Source: an uncultured Acidobacteriota bacterium (GTDB taxonomy: Bacteria; Acidobacteriota; Thermoanaerobaculia; Multivoradales; UBA5704). Taken from it: 64,000 nucleotides of DNA. Below are positions 7,907 to 20,075 of the stretch, in pieces; within the stretch, counting starts at the first letter, position 1; every line of letters begins with the position of its first letter. Under the pieces are notes generated by a model. That model saw only the letters and a list, made by a program, of their open reading frames with translations. It was not told the origin of the DNA and did not search any database. Location: NCBI GenBank assembly GCA_963700145.1, contig OY969474.1, positions 1,760,001 to 1,824,000 on the forward strand. The letters are read 5' to 3'. Position numbers and translations under genes: made by a program.

Positions 7907-10153
7907 ATGGCCATCACGATGCAGGGCAATTGGACCGTCTCCGTGAAGAGCAAGAGCGCCGCGTTTCCGCAGCGCTTCGTCATCGCGGGGGCAAGCTCCG
8001 GCAACGGGACGTACGCCGGGGACACTTCGACGCCGCCGGTCACGGTCGTCGGCGCCAACTGGACGATCCGCGTCGAGCACAACCCGGGCTCCGGGTTCAT
8101 CGATTCGGCGGAGCAGATCAAGTTTCCGACCACCACGCTGACCGAGTACCGCTTCGACATCCAGTCGAACGACAGTGGCGCCGACCAGGACTTCAACGAC
8201 CTGATCCTGACCTGCAGGACGCCGCGCACCGACACCGACTTCGTCCTCTTCGGCAACGTGAGCTGGTACAAGGGCTGCTCCTGGAACCCCTGTTTCCCGC
8301 GCTGGCTAGTCTTCGACACGTTGCCGGCGGTCCGCGAGGCGCTCAAGAACCCGCTCTTCCGCGAACCGCTCGAGAAGCTCTATCCGGACCGGCTGTACGA
8401 GGTGCCGCCGCGCATCGGGCCCATTCCCGATCCGCCTCCGTTCCGGCCGCTGGTGGTGCCGCTCGAGGGCCTCACGGCCCTGCCGCCCAAGCAGGCGCAG
8501 CTCATCAAGCTGCGGGCCCTGGACCTCGAAGGGCCCGAGCTCAAGACCGCCGCGAAGCGGAACGTCCAGGCGGCCGCGGACCGGCCCGCCGACGACGAGC
8601 TCGAAGAGAGGTCGATCCTCTCGGCGCGGGCGGTCGAGGTGTCCCGGCCGGCGCCGATCGCCGACTTCAAGCTCGAGCGCATCGAGATCGGCCGCCTACA
8701 GGATCAGTTCCGCTTGCTCTGCCAGACCGGGCCTCTCGCCGGCACGGTGCTGCGGTTTCTCGAGTACGACCGCACGGCGGCCGAGCTGGCGGGCGGACCG
8801 TATACCGGCACCGGCACGCGGGAAACGCTCGGGATCTGCGTCACCGACCGCAACGGCAACTACGTCTTCCGCTTCCGTCGCCCGACCGCGAGCTTCCTCA
8901 ACGAGGCCAACGTGGACGTGGCGGCCGGCGAGGACGAGGTGGTGCAGAGCATGCCGGACGTCATCGTCCAGGTCGTCGACACCGTCCACCCCTCCGGCTT
9001 CTCCTACGAGAGCGCCCCCTACTGGAACGTGCCGCTCTTCAAGCGGATCAACATCTGCGCGCCGCTCGTCGGCCGTCTCCCGACGGCGTGTCAGGGGCAC
9101 AACGCCATCCAGGCGATCGGCAACATCTTCATCGGCGCTCCGACCGCTCCCCCGCCGCCGGGACAGCCGCCCGGCTACGGCCCGCGGGTCGGCTTCAGCA
9201 ACTTCCTCGGCGGCACCGGCAGGATCACCGCCAAGAACACCCTCCCGAACGTGCCGCCGGCGCGCTGCGCCGCCTGGGCCGGCCGGCTCGACCTCTTCGC
9301 CTGCTTCATCGACCAGCCGGCGGTGAAGCACTACACGATCCGCTACCGGCGGCACGGCACCGCCGCCTGGAGCAGCTTCTTCCAGGAGAAGTACACCCAT
9401 CCCAAGATCGCCAACATCAGCCTGCCCGGCTACTCGGGCGACCCCGTGGGGCCCTTCGACGTGCCGCTCCACGTCGACGGCGGCCCGGCTTCACCGACCA
9501 AGGCCTACCTCAACATCGAGAGCGACAACGCCTGGGTCCTCACCCACCGCGACCGCAAGGCGGTGATCTCGTCGTGGCTCTATGCCGCGACGCCCGGCTC
9601 GGTCGACTTCCGCATCGAAGGGTACGACTCGGCGGGCAACAAGGTGTCCGGCGCGGACGACATGGTGACTCTCTACATCGACAACACCGGCCCCGACTTC
9701 ACGATCTCCGAGGTGACGATGGCCAGCACCCCGGGCGGCGACTGCGCGCTGTTCACCGTGCCCGCCGCGGCGCCCGCGACCCCGCTGACGGTGAAGTTCA
9801 AGGCGAACCAGCTGCAGGGATTCATGCACGACTACGGCTTGAGCGTGCGGAAGGGGAACATCGGCGGCTTCGGCATCACCGGGAGCCCCGCCGGGCTCAT
9901 CAGCGGCAGCTACACGCACGGCGACGATCTCGCCTGCAGCCAGTTCGTCGGGACGTTGGATACCGGCGGCACACTGGGCCTGGTAACCGTGGACCTGGCG
10001 CCGGCGAGCGGCCGCTGGCTGGAGCCCGGGCAGCCCTTCTGCACCTTCGCGGTCAACCTCGGGTGCAGCACGCGGGTCACCAACGGCTACAACTCGGCGG
10101 TGGCCGGTTACGGACCCGTCCAGTACTTCCTGGGGATCCAGGCCGGTTCGTGA
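7907..10153 (+). CDS. Hypothetical beta-rich multidomain protein with N-terminal PA-IIL/LecB-like Ca-binding motif
   Basis: 748 aa, strong SD, coding-like codon use. SNDSGADQDFNDLIL resembles LecB SEDGTDNDYNDAVV; no signal peptide seen. Confidence 0.75.
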   Translation: MAITMQGNWTVSVKSKSAAFPQRFVIAGASSGNGTYAGDTSTPPVTVVGANWTIRVEHNPGSGFIDSAEQIKFPTTTLTEYRFDIQSNDSGADQDFNDLILTCRTPRTDTDFVLFGNVSWYKGCSWNPCFPRWLVFDTLPAVREALKNPLFREPLEKLYPDRLYEVPPRIGPIPDPPPFRPLVVPLEGLTALPPKQAQLIKLRALDLEGPELKTAAKRNVQAAADRPADDELEERSILSARAVEVSRPAPIADFKLERIEIGRLQDQFRLLCQTGPLAGTVLRFLEYDRTAAELAGGPYTGTGTRETLGICVTDRNGNYVFRFRRPTASFLNEANVDVAAGEDEVVQSMPDVIVQVVDTVHPSGFSYESAPYWNVPLFKRINICAPLVGRLPTACQGHNAIQAIGNIFIGAPTAPPPPGQPPGYGPRVGFSNFLGGTGRITAKNTLPNVPPARCAAWAGRLDLFACFIDQPAVKHYTIRYRRHGTAAWSSFFQEKYTHPKIANISLPGYSGDPVGPFDVPLHVDGGPASPTKAYLNIESDNAWVLTHRDRKAVISSWLYAATPGSVDFRIEGYDSAGNKVSGADDMVTLYIDNTGPDFTISEVTMASTPGGDCALFTVPAAAPATPLTVKFKANQLQGFMHDYGLSVRKGNIGGFGITGSPAGLISGSYTHGDDLACSQFVGTLDTGGTLGLVTVDLAPASGRWLEPGQPFCTFAVNLGCSTRVTNGYNSAVAGYGPVQYFLGIQAGS

Positions 10154-10554
10154 GCGTGTACGTGCTGCTGGCGGGGGCTCTGGGGGTCTGGCGCCTGACC
10201 CACTTGCTGTGGGGCGAGGACGGTCCGTGGGACCTCCTCGCCCGCCTCCGCCGGCGGGCGGGAGACGGGTTCTGGGGCAACCTGCTCGACTGCTTCTTCT
10301 GCTGCAGCGTGTGGGTTGCCCTGCCGTTCGCCCTGCTTCTCGGGAGCCGCTGGCAGGACCGGCTGCTCCTCTGGCCGGCGCTCTCGGCGGGAGCCATCCT
10401 GCTTCAGGGGCTGGCGTTCCCGCGGACGCTCGAGACTCGCGCCAGCGCGCCGGCACTCCCGCCGGCGCCCTTTACCGAAGACGAGGAACCCGACGATGTC
10501 CTGCTGCGGCGACAAGAGACACCAGTTCCAGGTCTTCCACACGCTTCGACCTGA
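10150..10554 (+). CDS. DUF1360-like small membrane protein with CxxC
   Basis: GTG overlaps the upstream TGA (GTGA); WRLTHLLWGEDGPW and LLDCFFCCSVWVA with hydrophobic helices. This is the C-terminal part of track ORF 7258..10554. Confidence 0.72.
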   Translation: MSVYVLLAGALGVWRLTHLLWGEDGPWDLLARLRRRAGDGFWGNLLDCFFCCSVWVALPFALLLGSRWQDRLLLWPALSAGAILLQGLAFPRTLETRASAPALPPAPFTEDEEPDDVLLRRQETPVPGLPHAST

Positions 10555-10750
10555 CCCCGAGCCGCCGGCCCCGACGGCCGTTCCGCCGGTCTCGCGGGTG
10601 CTCTTCGAATATGTGGGGAGGACCGGGCTCACGGCCACCGGCCCGCTCACCGGCCAGCACTACCGCTTCGAGGGGCCCGGCATGCGCGTCGAGGTGGACG
10701 GCCGCGACGCGCCCTCGCTCGCGGCGGTCCCCAACCTGCGGCGGGTCTGA
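10496..10750 (+). CDS. Small hypothetical protein with N-terminal MSCCG motif (84 aa)
   Basis: ATG 10496 with GAGGA SD; MSCCGDKR...FEYVGRTGLTATGPLTGQHYRF...VDGRDAPSLAAVPNLRRV. Confidence 0.7.
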   Translation: MSCCGDKRHQFQVFHTLRPDPEPPAPTAVPPVSRVLFEYVGRTGLTATGPLTGQHYRFEGPGMRVEVDGRDAPSLAAVPNLRRV

Positions 10751-10761
10751 GGGAGACGGAC

Positions 10762-13206
<2,445 letters not shown>

Positions 13207-13253
13207 TCTCTAGGTCCCGGCTGCCCGTGAGTCTAGCATCCTGAATAGAGAAC

Positions 13254-13297
13254 GCGGGCGGGGCGAGGGTCCATTTCACCCCCTCGCTCCCGCCCGC
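13254..13297. terminator. GC-rich hairpin between the tyrosinase end and clpC start
   Basis: Imperfect inverted repeat GCGGGCGGGGCGAGGG ... CCCTCGCTCCCGCCCGC just downstream of the tyrosinase stop; weak U-tract. Confidence 0.45.
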
Positions 13298-13315
13298 ACG
13301 GCGCTGCCGGGACCG

Positions 13316-14932
13316 CTACCGCTCCTGGATCGACACCTTCTTGACGCTGACGAACGGCCCGCTGCCGGCCGTTGCCGTCAGCGCCTGCTCGCCGTGGCCC
13401 GGGACGAAGGTCACGTCGAGCTCGCCCGTCCACTGCCCGGCCGCCTTCAGCGCCGCCACCTCGTCGGTGACGTCGAAGCTGCGGCTCGTCTCCGCCGCGT
13501 GCTCGGGGTGGTCGAAGAGCGCCACGGTGCCGACGAAGTTCTTCATCTTGGGATTCGGCGTCGCGCCCGCCGGGAGGTTCAAGTAGACCTCGTAGTGCGC
13601 GCCGTGGCGGAGGAGCTTCACCCCTTCGAGCACCAGCCGCACGCGGCCGGGGTCGGGCCCGGCGAGGGTGAGGATGCGCTGGCTGGCCGCCTGCGGCAGC
13701 GCCACCTTGACCGACGTCCGCCGCGCCCCGAGCTTGGTGTCCGCGGCCGCGCCCGAGACCAGCGTCTTGGGCGCCGCCGGCGGCGGGCCTCCCGCCTCGC
13801 CGGTGAGCGGGCCCTCGTCGCAGAGGACGACGTTGTTCACCGGCAGCCCTTCGTACTGGTAGTCGAGCTGGGTGGCCATGTTGAGGATCTGGCAGCCGGT
13901 GAGGGTGACCGCCGTCTTGGTCTCGTCGAAGAAAGTGAACTTCTGGTTCCGCCATTCGTCGTTGGTGGTGTTGGCCCGCCCGGCTCCGAGGTTGAGCCAC
14001 ACCTGCCACAGGCGGTCGATGTTGGCGTGGTGGAGCCAGAAGATCGGATCGCGCGCCGCGCACGCCGGGTCGCTCATCCAGCCGCTGCCGCCGACGGCGA
14101 CGTGCACCGCGTTGTGGGGCTGGAACTCCAGCTCGCCGGTGCCGTTGCCGAAGTGCACCGGCTGCGCCGTGAAGTTGCCGCCGAAGGTCTCGTCGGAGAA
14201 CGTGTTGGCGACGCACCCGGCGGCGCAGGTCGCCGTGCGACAGCCGCAGAAGTTCTTGTGCTGATCGTCCATCGCGTCGTCGTCCGAGGCGTCGCCGTCC
14301 GAGATGCACGGGTTGCCGGCGACGACGTTGTTGCAGTTCGACGCCCGCGCCGAGACGAAGAGCGGGTTCGAGGCGTCGGCCGGGCTGCGGAACGGCTCCG
14401 GCAGGTCGCGGTTGGCGGTGTTCTCGTAGTCCCAGTAGGGCAGCGCGAAGTCGGCCGTGGGATCGCCGCTCGCCTCGCGCACCGCGGCGCGCAGGATGCG
14501 CTCGAAGTAGTAGACGTACATGCGGTGCCAGGAGAGGAAGAAGAAGCTCGCGTGCTGGCAGGTGCCCCAGGCCTCCGGCGGGTTCGGCCCGGAGAAGGGC
14601 GTGGCGGGGCAGGTGGTGTCGCCCGGCCGCGGGTAGTCGTGCATGTTGGCCTGGTAGAGCCAGCTCGTCACTTCGGTGGCGGCCCGCGACTGCATCAGCG
14701 CCACCCCGGCCTTGTAGCGGCTGAGCTCGTCCGCCGAGAGGGTGTTGATCTCGCGCCGGGTGAAGACGGTCGGCGGCGGCGGCTCGGTCGTCGAAGGCTC
14801 GGTGGTGGCGGTGGTGTCGGCGGTGTCGGTGTCGTCGCCGCCGCCGTCGCCGCCGTTGCAGCCGACGAGCAGCAGGACCGTGAAGGGCACGGCCGCCCAC
14901 AGCCAGCTCCGTCGGGCACGTCGCTTGCGCAT
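13316..14932 (-). CDS. Tyrosinase / polyphenol oxidase-like type-3 copper lipoprotein with C-terminal domain
   Basis: ATG 14932 with GGAGGAG SD; RRARRSWL plus LLLVG-C (possible Tat lipoprotein); CuA H...CQHASFFFLSWHR; CuB PHNAVH...DPIFWLHHANIDRLW; YQY motif; C-terminal EVYLNLP domain. Confidence 0.92.
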   Translation of the reverse strand: MRKRRARRSWLWAAVPFTVLLLVGCNGGDGGGDDTDTADTTATTEPSTTEPPPPTVFTRREINTLSADELSRYKAGVALMQSRAATEVTSWLYQANMHDYPRPGDTTCPATPFSGPNPPEAWGTCQHASFFFLSWHRMYVYYFERILRAAVREASGDPTADFALPYWDYENTANRDLPEPFRSPADASNPLFVSARASNCNNVVAGNPCISDGDASDDDAMDDQHKNFCGCRTATCAAGCVANTFSDETFGGNFTAQPVHFGNGTGELEFQPHNAVHVAVGGSGWMSDPACAARDPIFWLHHANIDRLWQVWLNLGAGRANTTNDEWRNQKFTFFDETKTAVTLTGCQILNMATQLDYQYEGLPVNNVVLCDEGPLTGEAGGPPPAAPKTLVSGAAADTKLGARRTSVKVALPQAASQRILTLAGPDPGRVRLVLEGVKLLRHGAHYEVYLNLPAGATPNPKMKNFVGTVALFDHPEHAAETSRSFDVTDEVAALKAAGQWTGELDVTFVPGHGEQALTATAGSGPFVSVKKVSIQER

Positions 14933-15014
14933 GGCAGCTCCTCCTCCCTGAAAGGGATGTTCCAGCAAAGAATGAACCACTCGGGCGGGCTTGGCTAGTC
15001 CCCCCCGGGGACGG

Positions 15015-15548
15015 CTAGCGCGCGTGCAGGGCGAGGCGCCGGAAGCGGAGAGCGGGCCCGGCGGCCGCGGCCGCCTCGCCGGCCGGCACGAAGGTCACCC
15101 GCAGCTCCCCCGTCCACCGGCCCAGCTCGCGCAGGGCCCGGGCGGCGGGGGCGAGGTCGAAGGTGCGCATCGCCTCGGGGGCCCGACCCGGAGGGGCGTA
15201 GAGCGCCACGAGACCGAGGAAGTGGGGGCCCTTGGGGTCCGGCTTCGCTCCTTCGGGGAGGTTCAGGTAGACCTCGTAGGCGACGCCGGGGCGCAGCAGC
15301 TCGAGGCCCTCGATCGCCAGCCGCAGGCGGCCGGGCTCGGCCACCTCGAGCAGGCGCTCCTTGGCCTCCGCCGGCAGCGGCACTTCAACCGTCACCGGCT
15401 CGGCGCCCAGCTCGACCTGCGTCGTTTCGCTCGCGGCCAGCACCTTGGTCTCGTTCACCTCGCCGCCCGGTGCCGCGGCGCCGCCCGCCGCGGGCGGCTG
15501 GCAGCCGGCGAGCGCCAGGAGGAGGAGGTAGGGCGCCAAGCTGCGCAC
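15015..15548 (-). CDS. Lipoprotein consisting of a tyrosinase C-terminal-like domain only
   Basis: Lipobox LALAG-C. The sequence aligns by eye with the tyrosinase tail (YEVYLNLP, WTGELxVTFVP shared). Confidence 0.82.
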   Translation of the reverse strand: MRSLAPYLLLLALAGCQPPAAGGAAAPGGEVNETKVLAASETTQVELGAEPVTVEVPLPAEAKERLLEVAEPGRLRLAIEGLELLRPGVAYEVYLNLPEGAKPDPKGPHFLGLVALYAPPGRAPEAMRTFDLAPAARALRELGRWTGELRVTFVPAGEAAAAAGPALRFRRLALHAR

Positions 15549-15569
15549 AACACCGCCATCTTACGCCCC

Positions 15570-16247
15570 TCAGCCCGGTTGCAGCACGCCCCCCTCCAGC
15601 CGCAGCACCCGGCCGCAGCGGGCGGCGATCTCGGGGTTGTGGGTGACCAGGACGCCGGTCGTCGCGTGGCGGGCCTGGAGCTCCAGGAAGAGGTCGAAGA
15701 CCTGCGCGCCGCTCTCGGGGTCGAGGTTGCCGGTCGGCTCGTCGGCGAGGATGAGCGGCGGCTCGAGGGCGAGGGCGCGGCAGATCGCCACCCGCTGCCG
15801 CTCGCCGCCCGAGAGCTGGCTCGGGAAGTGGTCGAGCCGGTCGGCGAGCCCGACCTCCTCGAGGAGCGCCCGCGCCCGCGCCAGCACCTGCTCCGGGTCC
15901 TGGCCGGCGATGCGGCCGGGGAGCATGACGTTCTCGAGGGCGTCGAAGTCGGCGAGGAGCTGGTGGAACTGGAAGACGAAGCCGATCGTGCGGTTGCGGA
16001 AGCGGGCGAGGCGGCGGGGCGAGAGGTCGGTGAGCGCGGTGCCGCCGATCCAGATGGCGCCGGCGTCGGGGCGGTCGAGGGCGCCGAGCAGGTGGAGCAG
16101 GGTCGACTTCCCCGAGCCCGAAGGGCCGACCACGGCGACCAGCTCTCCGGGCGCGACCTCCAGGTCCGCGCCGCGCAGCACCTCGACCCGGCGCACGCCG
16201 TCGACGTAGGCCTTGTGCACGTCGCGGGCGACGACGAGGACACTCAC
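15570..16247 (-). CDS. lolD: Lipoprotein-releasing ABC transporter ATP-binding subunit
   Basis: GPSGSGKST, LSGGERQR, ILADEPTGNLD, GFVFQFHQL; overlaps the lolC/E-type permease. Confidence 0.9.
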   Translation of the reverse strand: MSVLVVARDVHKAYVDGVRRVEVLRGADLEVAPGELVAVVGPSGSGKSTLLHLLGALDRPDAGAIWIGGTALTDLSPRRLARFRNRTIGFVFQFHQLLADFDALENVMLPGRIAGQDPEQVLARARALLEEVGLADRLDHFPSQLSGGERQRVAICRALALEPPLILADEPTGNLDPESGAQVFDLFLELQARHATTGVLVTHNPEIAARCGRVLRLEGGVLQPG

Positions 16248-17434
16248 CGGCGCATCGCCTCGATCGGGTCCATCGCCGCCGCGCGGCGGGCGGTGTAATA
16301 GGAGGAGACGAGGGCCAGGAAGAGCGTCAGCGCCAGCACCACCAGAAGGTCCTGCCAGCGCACCAGGAACGGCACGTAGTCGAGGAAGTAGACCTGCCCC
16401 GGCACCGGCAGCAGCTCGTAGCGGTCGAGGGCCCAGGCGCCGGCGACGCCGAGGACGGCGCCGGCGAGGGTCCCCAGCCCGCCGACCAGCGCGCCCAGCC
16501 AGAGGAAGGCGCGGCGCAGCTCGCCGGGCGTCGCCCCCATGGCGCCGAGCATGCCGATCTCCGGCCGCTTGCTCGAGGTGACGAGGGCGAGGTCGGCGAC
16601 CAGCGCCAGCGCCGCCACCAGGACGATCAGGAAGACCGCGACGAAGAGCACCACCTTCTCCAGGCGCAGCGCGAAGAGGAGCGGGCGGTTCAAGTCGCGC
16701 CAGGTGCGCACCTCGGCGCCGGGCGGCAGCGCCGCCGGCAGGCGGTCGGCCACACGGAGCGCCTCGTCGAGGTCGGCGGCGGTGACCTCCAGGAGATGCC
16801 GCGAGGCGCCGACCAGGCTCTCGGCGGCGCGCAGCGGCAGCGCCACGCGCTCCCGCTCCTGCTGCGTGCGCCCGCTCTCGTAAAAGCCCGTGAGCGGCAG
16901 GCTGCGCACCCGCGGCTGCGGGCCGAACGGCGTCAGGGTGGGGCGCGGCGACGCGATGCGGAGCGGCTGCCCGCGGTGGAGCGCCCAGCGCTCGCCGAGC
17001 GCGCGCGGCACGTAGAGCCCCTCGGGGCGGCCGGCGGCGCCGGGAAAGGAGCGCGGCACCGCGCCCTCGATCCCCACCAGCTCGACCGGCTGCACCTTCC
17101 CCTCGGCGACGATCCAGCCGCCGCCGCGCACCTGGAGCTGCGCGGCGCGGACGCCGGGAACGGCGAGCACCGCCTTCCGCGCCGCCGCCGCGTCGGCGCC
17201 CGGCGGCAGCTCCACCTCGATCTGCGGCGTGCGCCCCAGGATCTCGGAGCGGAGGGCGTCCTGGAAGCCGGAGATGACGGCGAGCGAGAGGATGAGCGCC
17301 GCGACGCCCAGGGCGATCCCCCCCGCCGCCACCGCCGAGAGGAAGCTGGCGAAGGCGTCCTTGCGGGTGCTCTTGAGGTAGCGGAGGGCGAGGACGGCGG
17401 GGAACGGGAGGGGCGAGAGAAGGAGACGCGGCAT
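16244..17434 (-). CDS. Lipoprotein-releasing ABC transporter permease (LolC/E family)
   Basis: LALRYL N-terminus, GIALGVAALI, KRPEIGMLGAMGA and AAAMDPIEAMR C-terminus; four TM segments. Confidence 0.9.
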   Translation of the reverse strand: MPRLLLSPLPFPAVLALRYLKSTRKDAFASFLSAVAAGGIALGVAALILSLAVISGFQDALRSEILGRTPQIEVELPPGADAAAARKAVLAVPGVRAAQLQVRGGGWIVAEGKVQPVELVGIEGAVPRSFPGAAGRPEGLYVPRALGERWALHRGQPLRIASPRPTLTPFGPQPRVRSLPLTGFYESGRTQQERERVALPLRAAESLVGASRHLLEVTAADLDEALRVADRLPAALPPGAEVRTWRDLNRPLLFALRLEKVVLFVAVFLIVLVAALALVADLALVTSSKRPEIGMLGAMGATPGELRRAFLWLGALVGGLGTLAGAVLGVAGAWALDRYELLPVPGQVYFLDYVPFLVRWQDLLVVLALTLFLALVSSYYTARRAAAMDPIEAMRR

Positions 17435-17444
17435 GAGGGAACGT

Positions 17445-17469
17445 AAACGCCCGGCACGTAGGCCGGGCG

Positions 17470-17473
<4 letters not shown>
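17445..17473 (-). repeat. GTAG-tagged REP-like palindrome, copy 1
   Basis: GTAGCGCCCGGCCTACGTGCCGGGCGTTT, identical to 56280-56308; its TAG is the lysS stop codon. Confidence 0.85.
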
Positions 17474-18969
<1,496 letters not shown>

Positions 18970-19013
18970 GGAGCGGCGATTCTAGATGAACGCGCCTGCT
19001 ACGATCCGCGCTC

Positions 19014-19868
19014 GTGACCGCGCGCGATCCCGACGATCACCTGGCCGACGCGCTCGACGACAGCGTGCGGCAGTGGGACCGGATGGGCTGGCCGCGGCCG
19101 GCGGCGATGCTGGTCTCCGGCTCCGGCCTCGCCGTCGATCTCGACGCCGTGCGCGGGCCGGTGGCGCTGCAGGACCTGTTGCCCTTCGAGGTCCACCCGA
19201 TCGCCGGCCATCCGCACGAGCTCGAGCTCCTCGAGCCGCTCCCCGACCGACCGGTCCTCTACCAGCGCGGGCGCCTCCACCCTTACCAGGGCTACACGCC
19301 GCACGAGACGGTCTTCCCGATCCGGCTCGGCGCTCTCCTCGGCGCCAAGGTCCTGCTGATGACCAACGCCGCCGGCGGCCTGCGCCCCGACCTCGACCCC
19401 GGCGACCTGGTGCTGATCCGCGACCAGATCAACCTCTCCGGCATGAACCCGCTCCGCGGCCAGCTCCCCGAGAGCTGGGGCTCGCGCTTCCCCGACATGA
19501 CGACCACCTACGACGCGGCATTGCGCGCGCTCGCCCACCGCCATGCGGCGGCGCTGGGGATCGCGGTGACGGAAGGGACTTACGCCGGGGTGGCCGGGCC
19601 CAGCTACGAGACGCCGGCCGAGGTGCGCATGGTGCGCACCCTGGGCGGCGACGTGACCGGGATGTCGACGGTGCTCGAGGTGATCGCGGCCCGCCAGATC
19701 GGGATGCGCGTCCTGGTGCTGTCGCTGGTCAGCAACCCCGCGGCCGGCGTCCAGGAGACCCCCCTCGTCCACGAGGAGGTCCTCGCCGCCGCCGCGGCAG
19801 CGCACGACGACATCCGCCGCCTCCTCACCGCCCTGCTGCGCGATCCCGAACTGGTGTCGGCTGACTGA
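19014..19868 (+). CDS. Purine nucleoside phosphorylase (trimeric PNP/XapA family)
   Basis: GSGL, GRLHPYQG, TNAAGGL, GPSYETPAE, GMSTVLE motifs. Confidence 0.93.
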   Translation: MTARDPDDHLADALDDSVRQWDRMGWPRPAAMLVSGSGLAVDLDAVRGPVALQDLLPFEVHPIAGHPHELELLEPLPDRPVLYQRGRLHPYQGYTPHETVFPIRLGALLGAKVLLMTNAAGGLRPDLDPGDLVLIRDQINLSGMNPLRGQLPESWGSRFPDMTTTYDAALRALAHRHAAALGIAVTEGTYAGVAGPSYETPAEVRMVRTLGGDVTGMSTVLEVIAARQIGMRVLVLSLVSNPAAGVQETPLVHEEVLAAAAAAHDDIRRLLTALLRDPELVSAD

Positions 19869-19907
19869 GCGAGCTTTCGGAATGCAGAGGCTTCAGCGGG
19901 GATCAAT

Positions 19908-20070
19908 TCATCCAAACTCTGCGTCGGCAAAACGAGCCCTGACCTCCAACGGCGTCAGCTCACCGAAATAGCGGCCGGGATTGCCGCACATCCAGCATGA
20001 GCAGCGTCTCGGCGAGCATGCCCCGGACCTTGAACTGGCGCTGGCGGTCCGGCTGGCAGTCGATCAGCTC
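19908..20070 (-). pseudogene. Remnant of a small CSCWMCGNP-motif protein
   Basis: Minus strand reads KVRGMLAET, shifts frame, then CSCWMCGNPGRYFGELTPLEVRARFADAEFG-stop; no intact start seen. Confidence 0.45.
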
Positions 20071-20075
20071 ACCTT

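Noticed and set aside
7258-10149. N-terminal ~960 aa of the 1098-aa ORF
   Set aside because: Arg/Pro/Gly-rich off-frame overlap of the S8 and 748-aa genes; only the part from GTG 10150 looks real.
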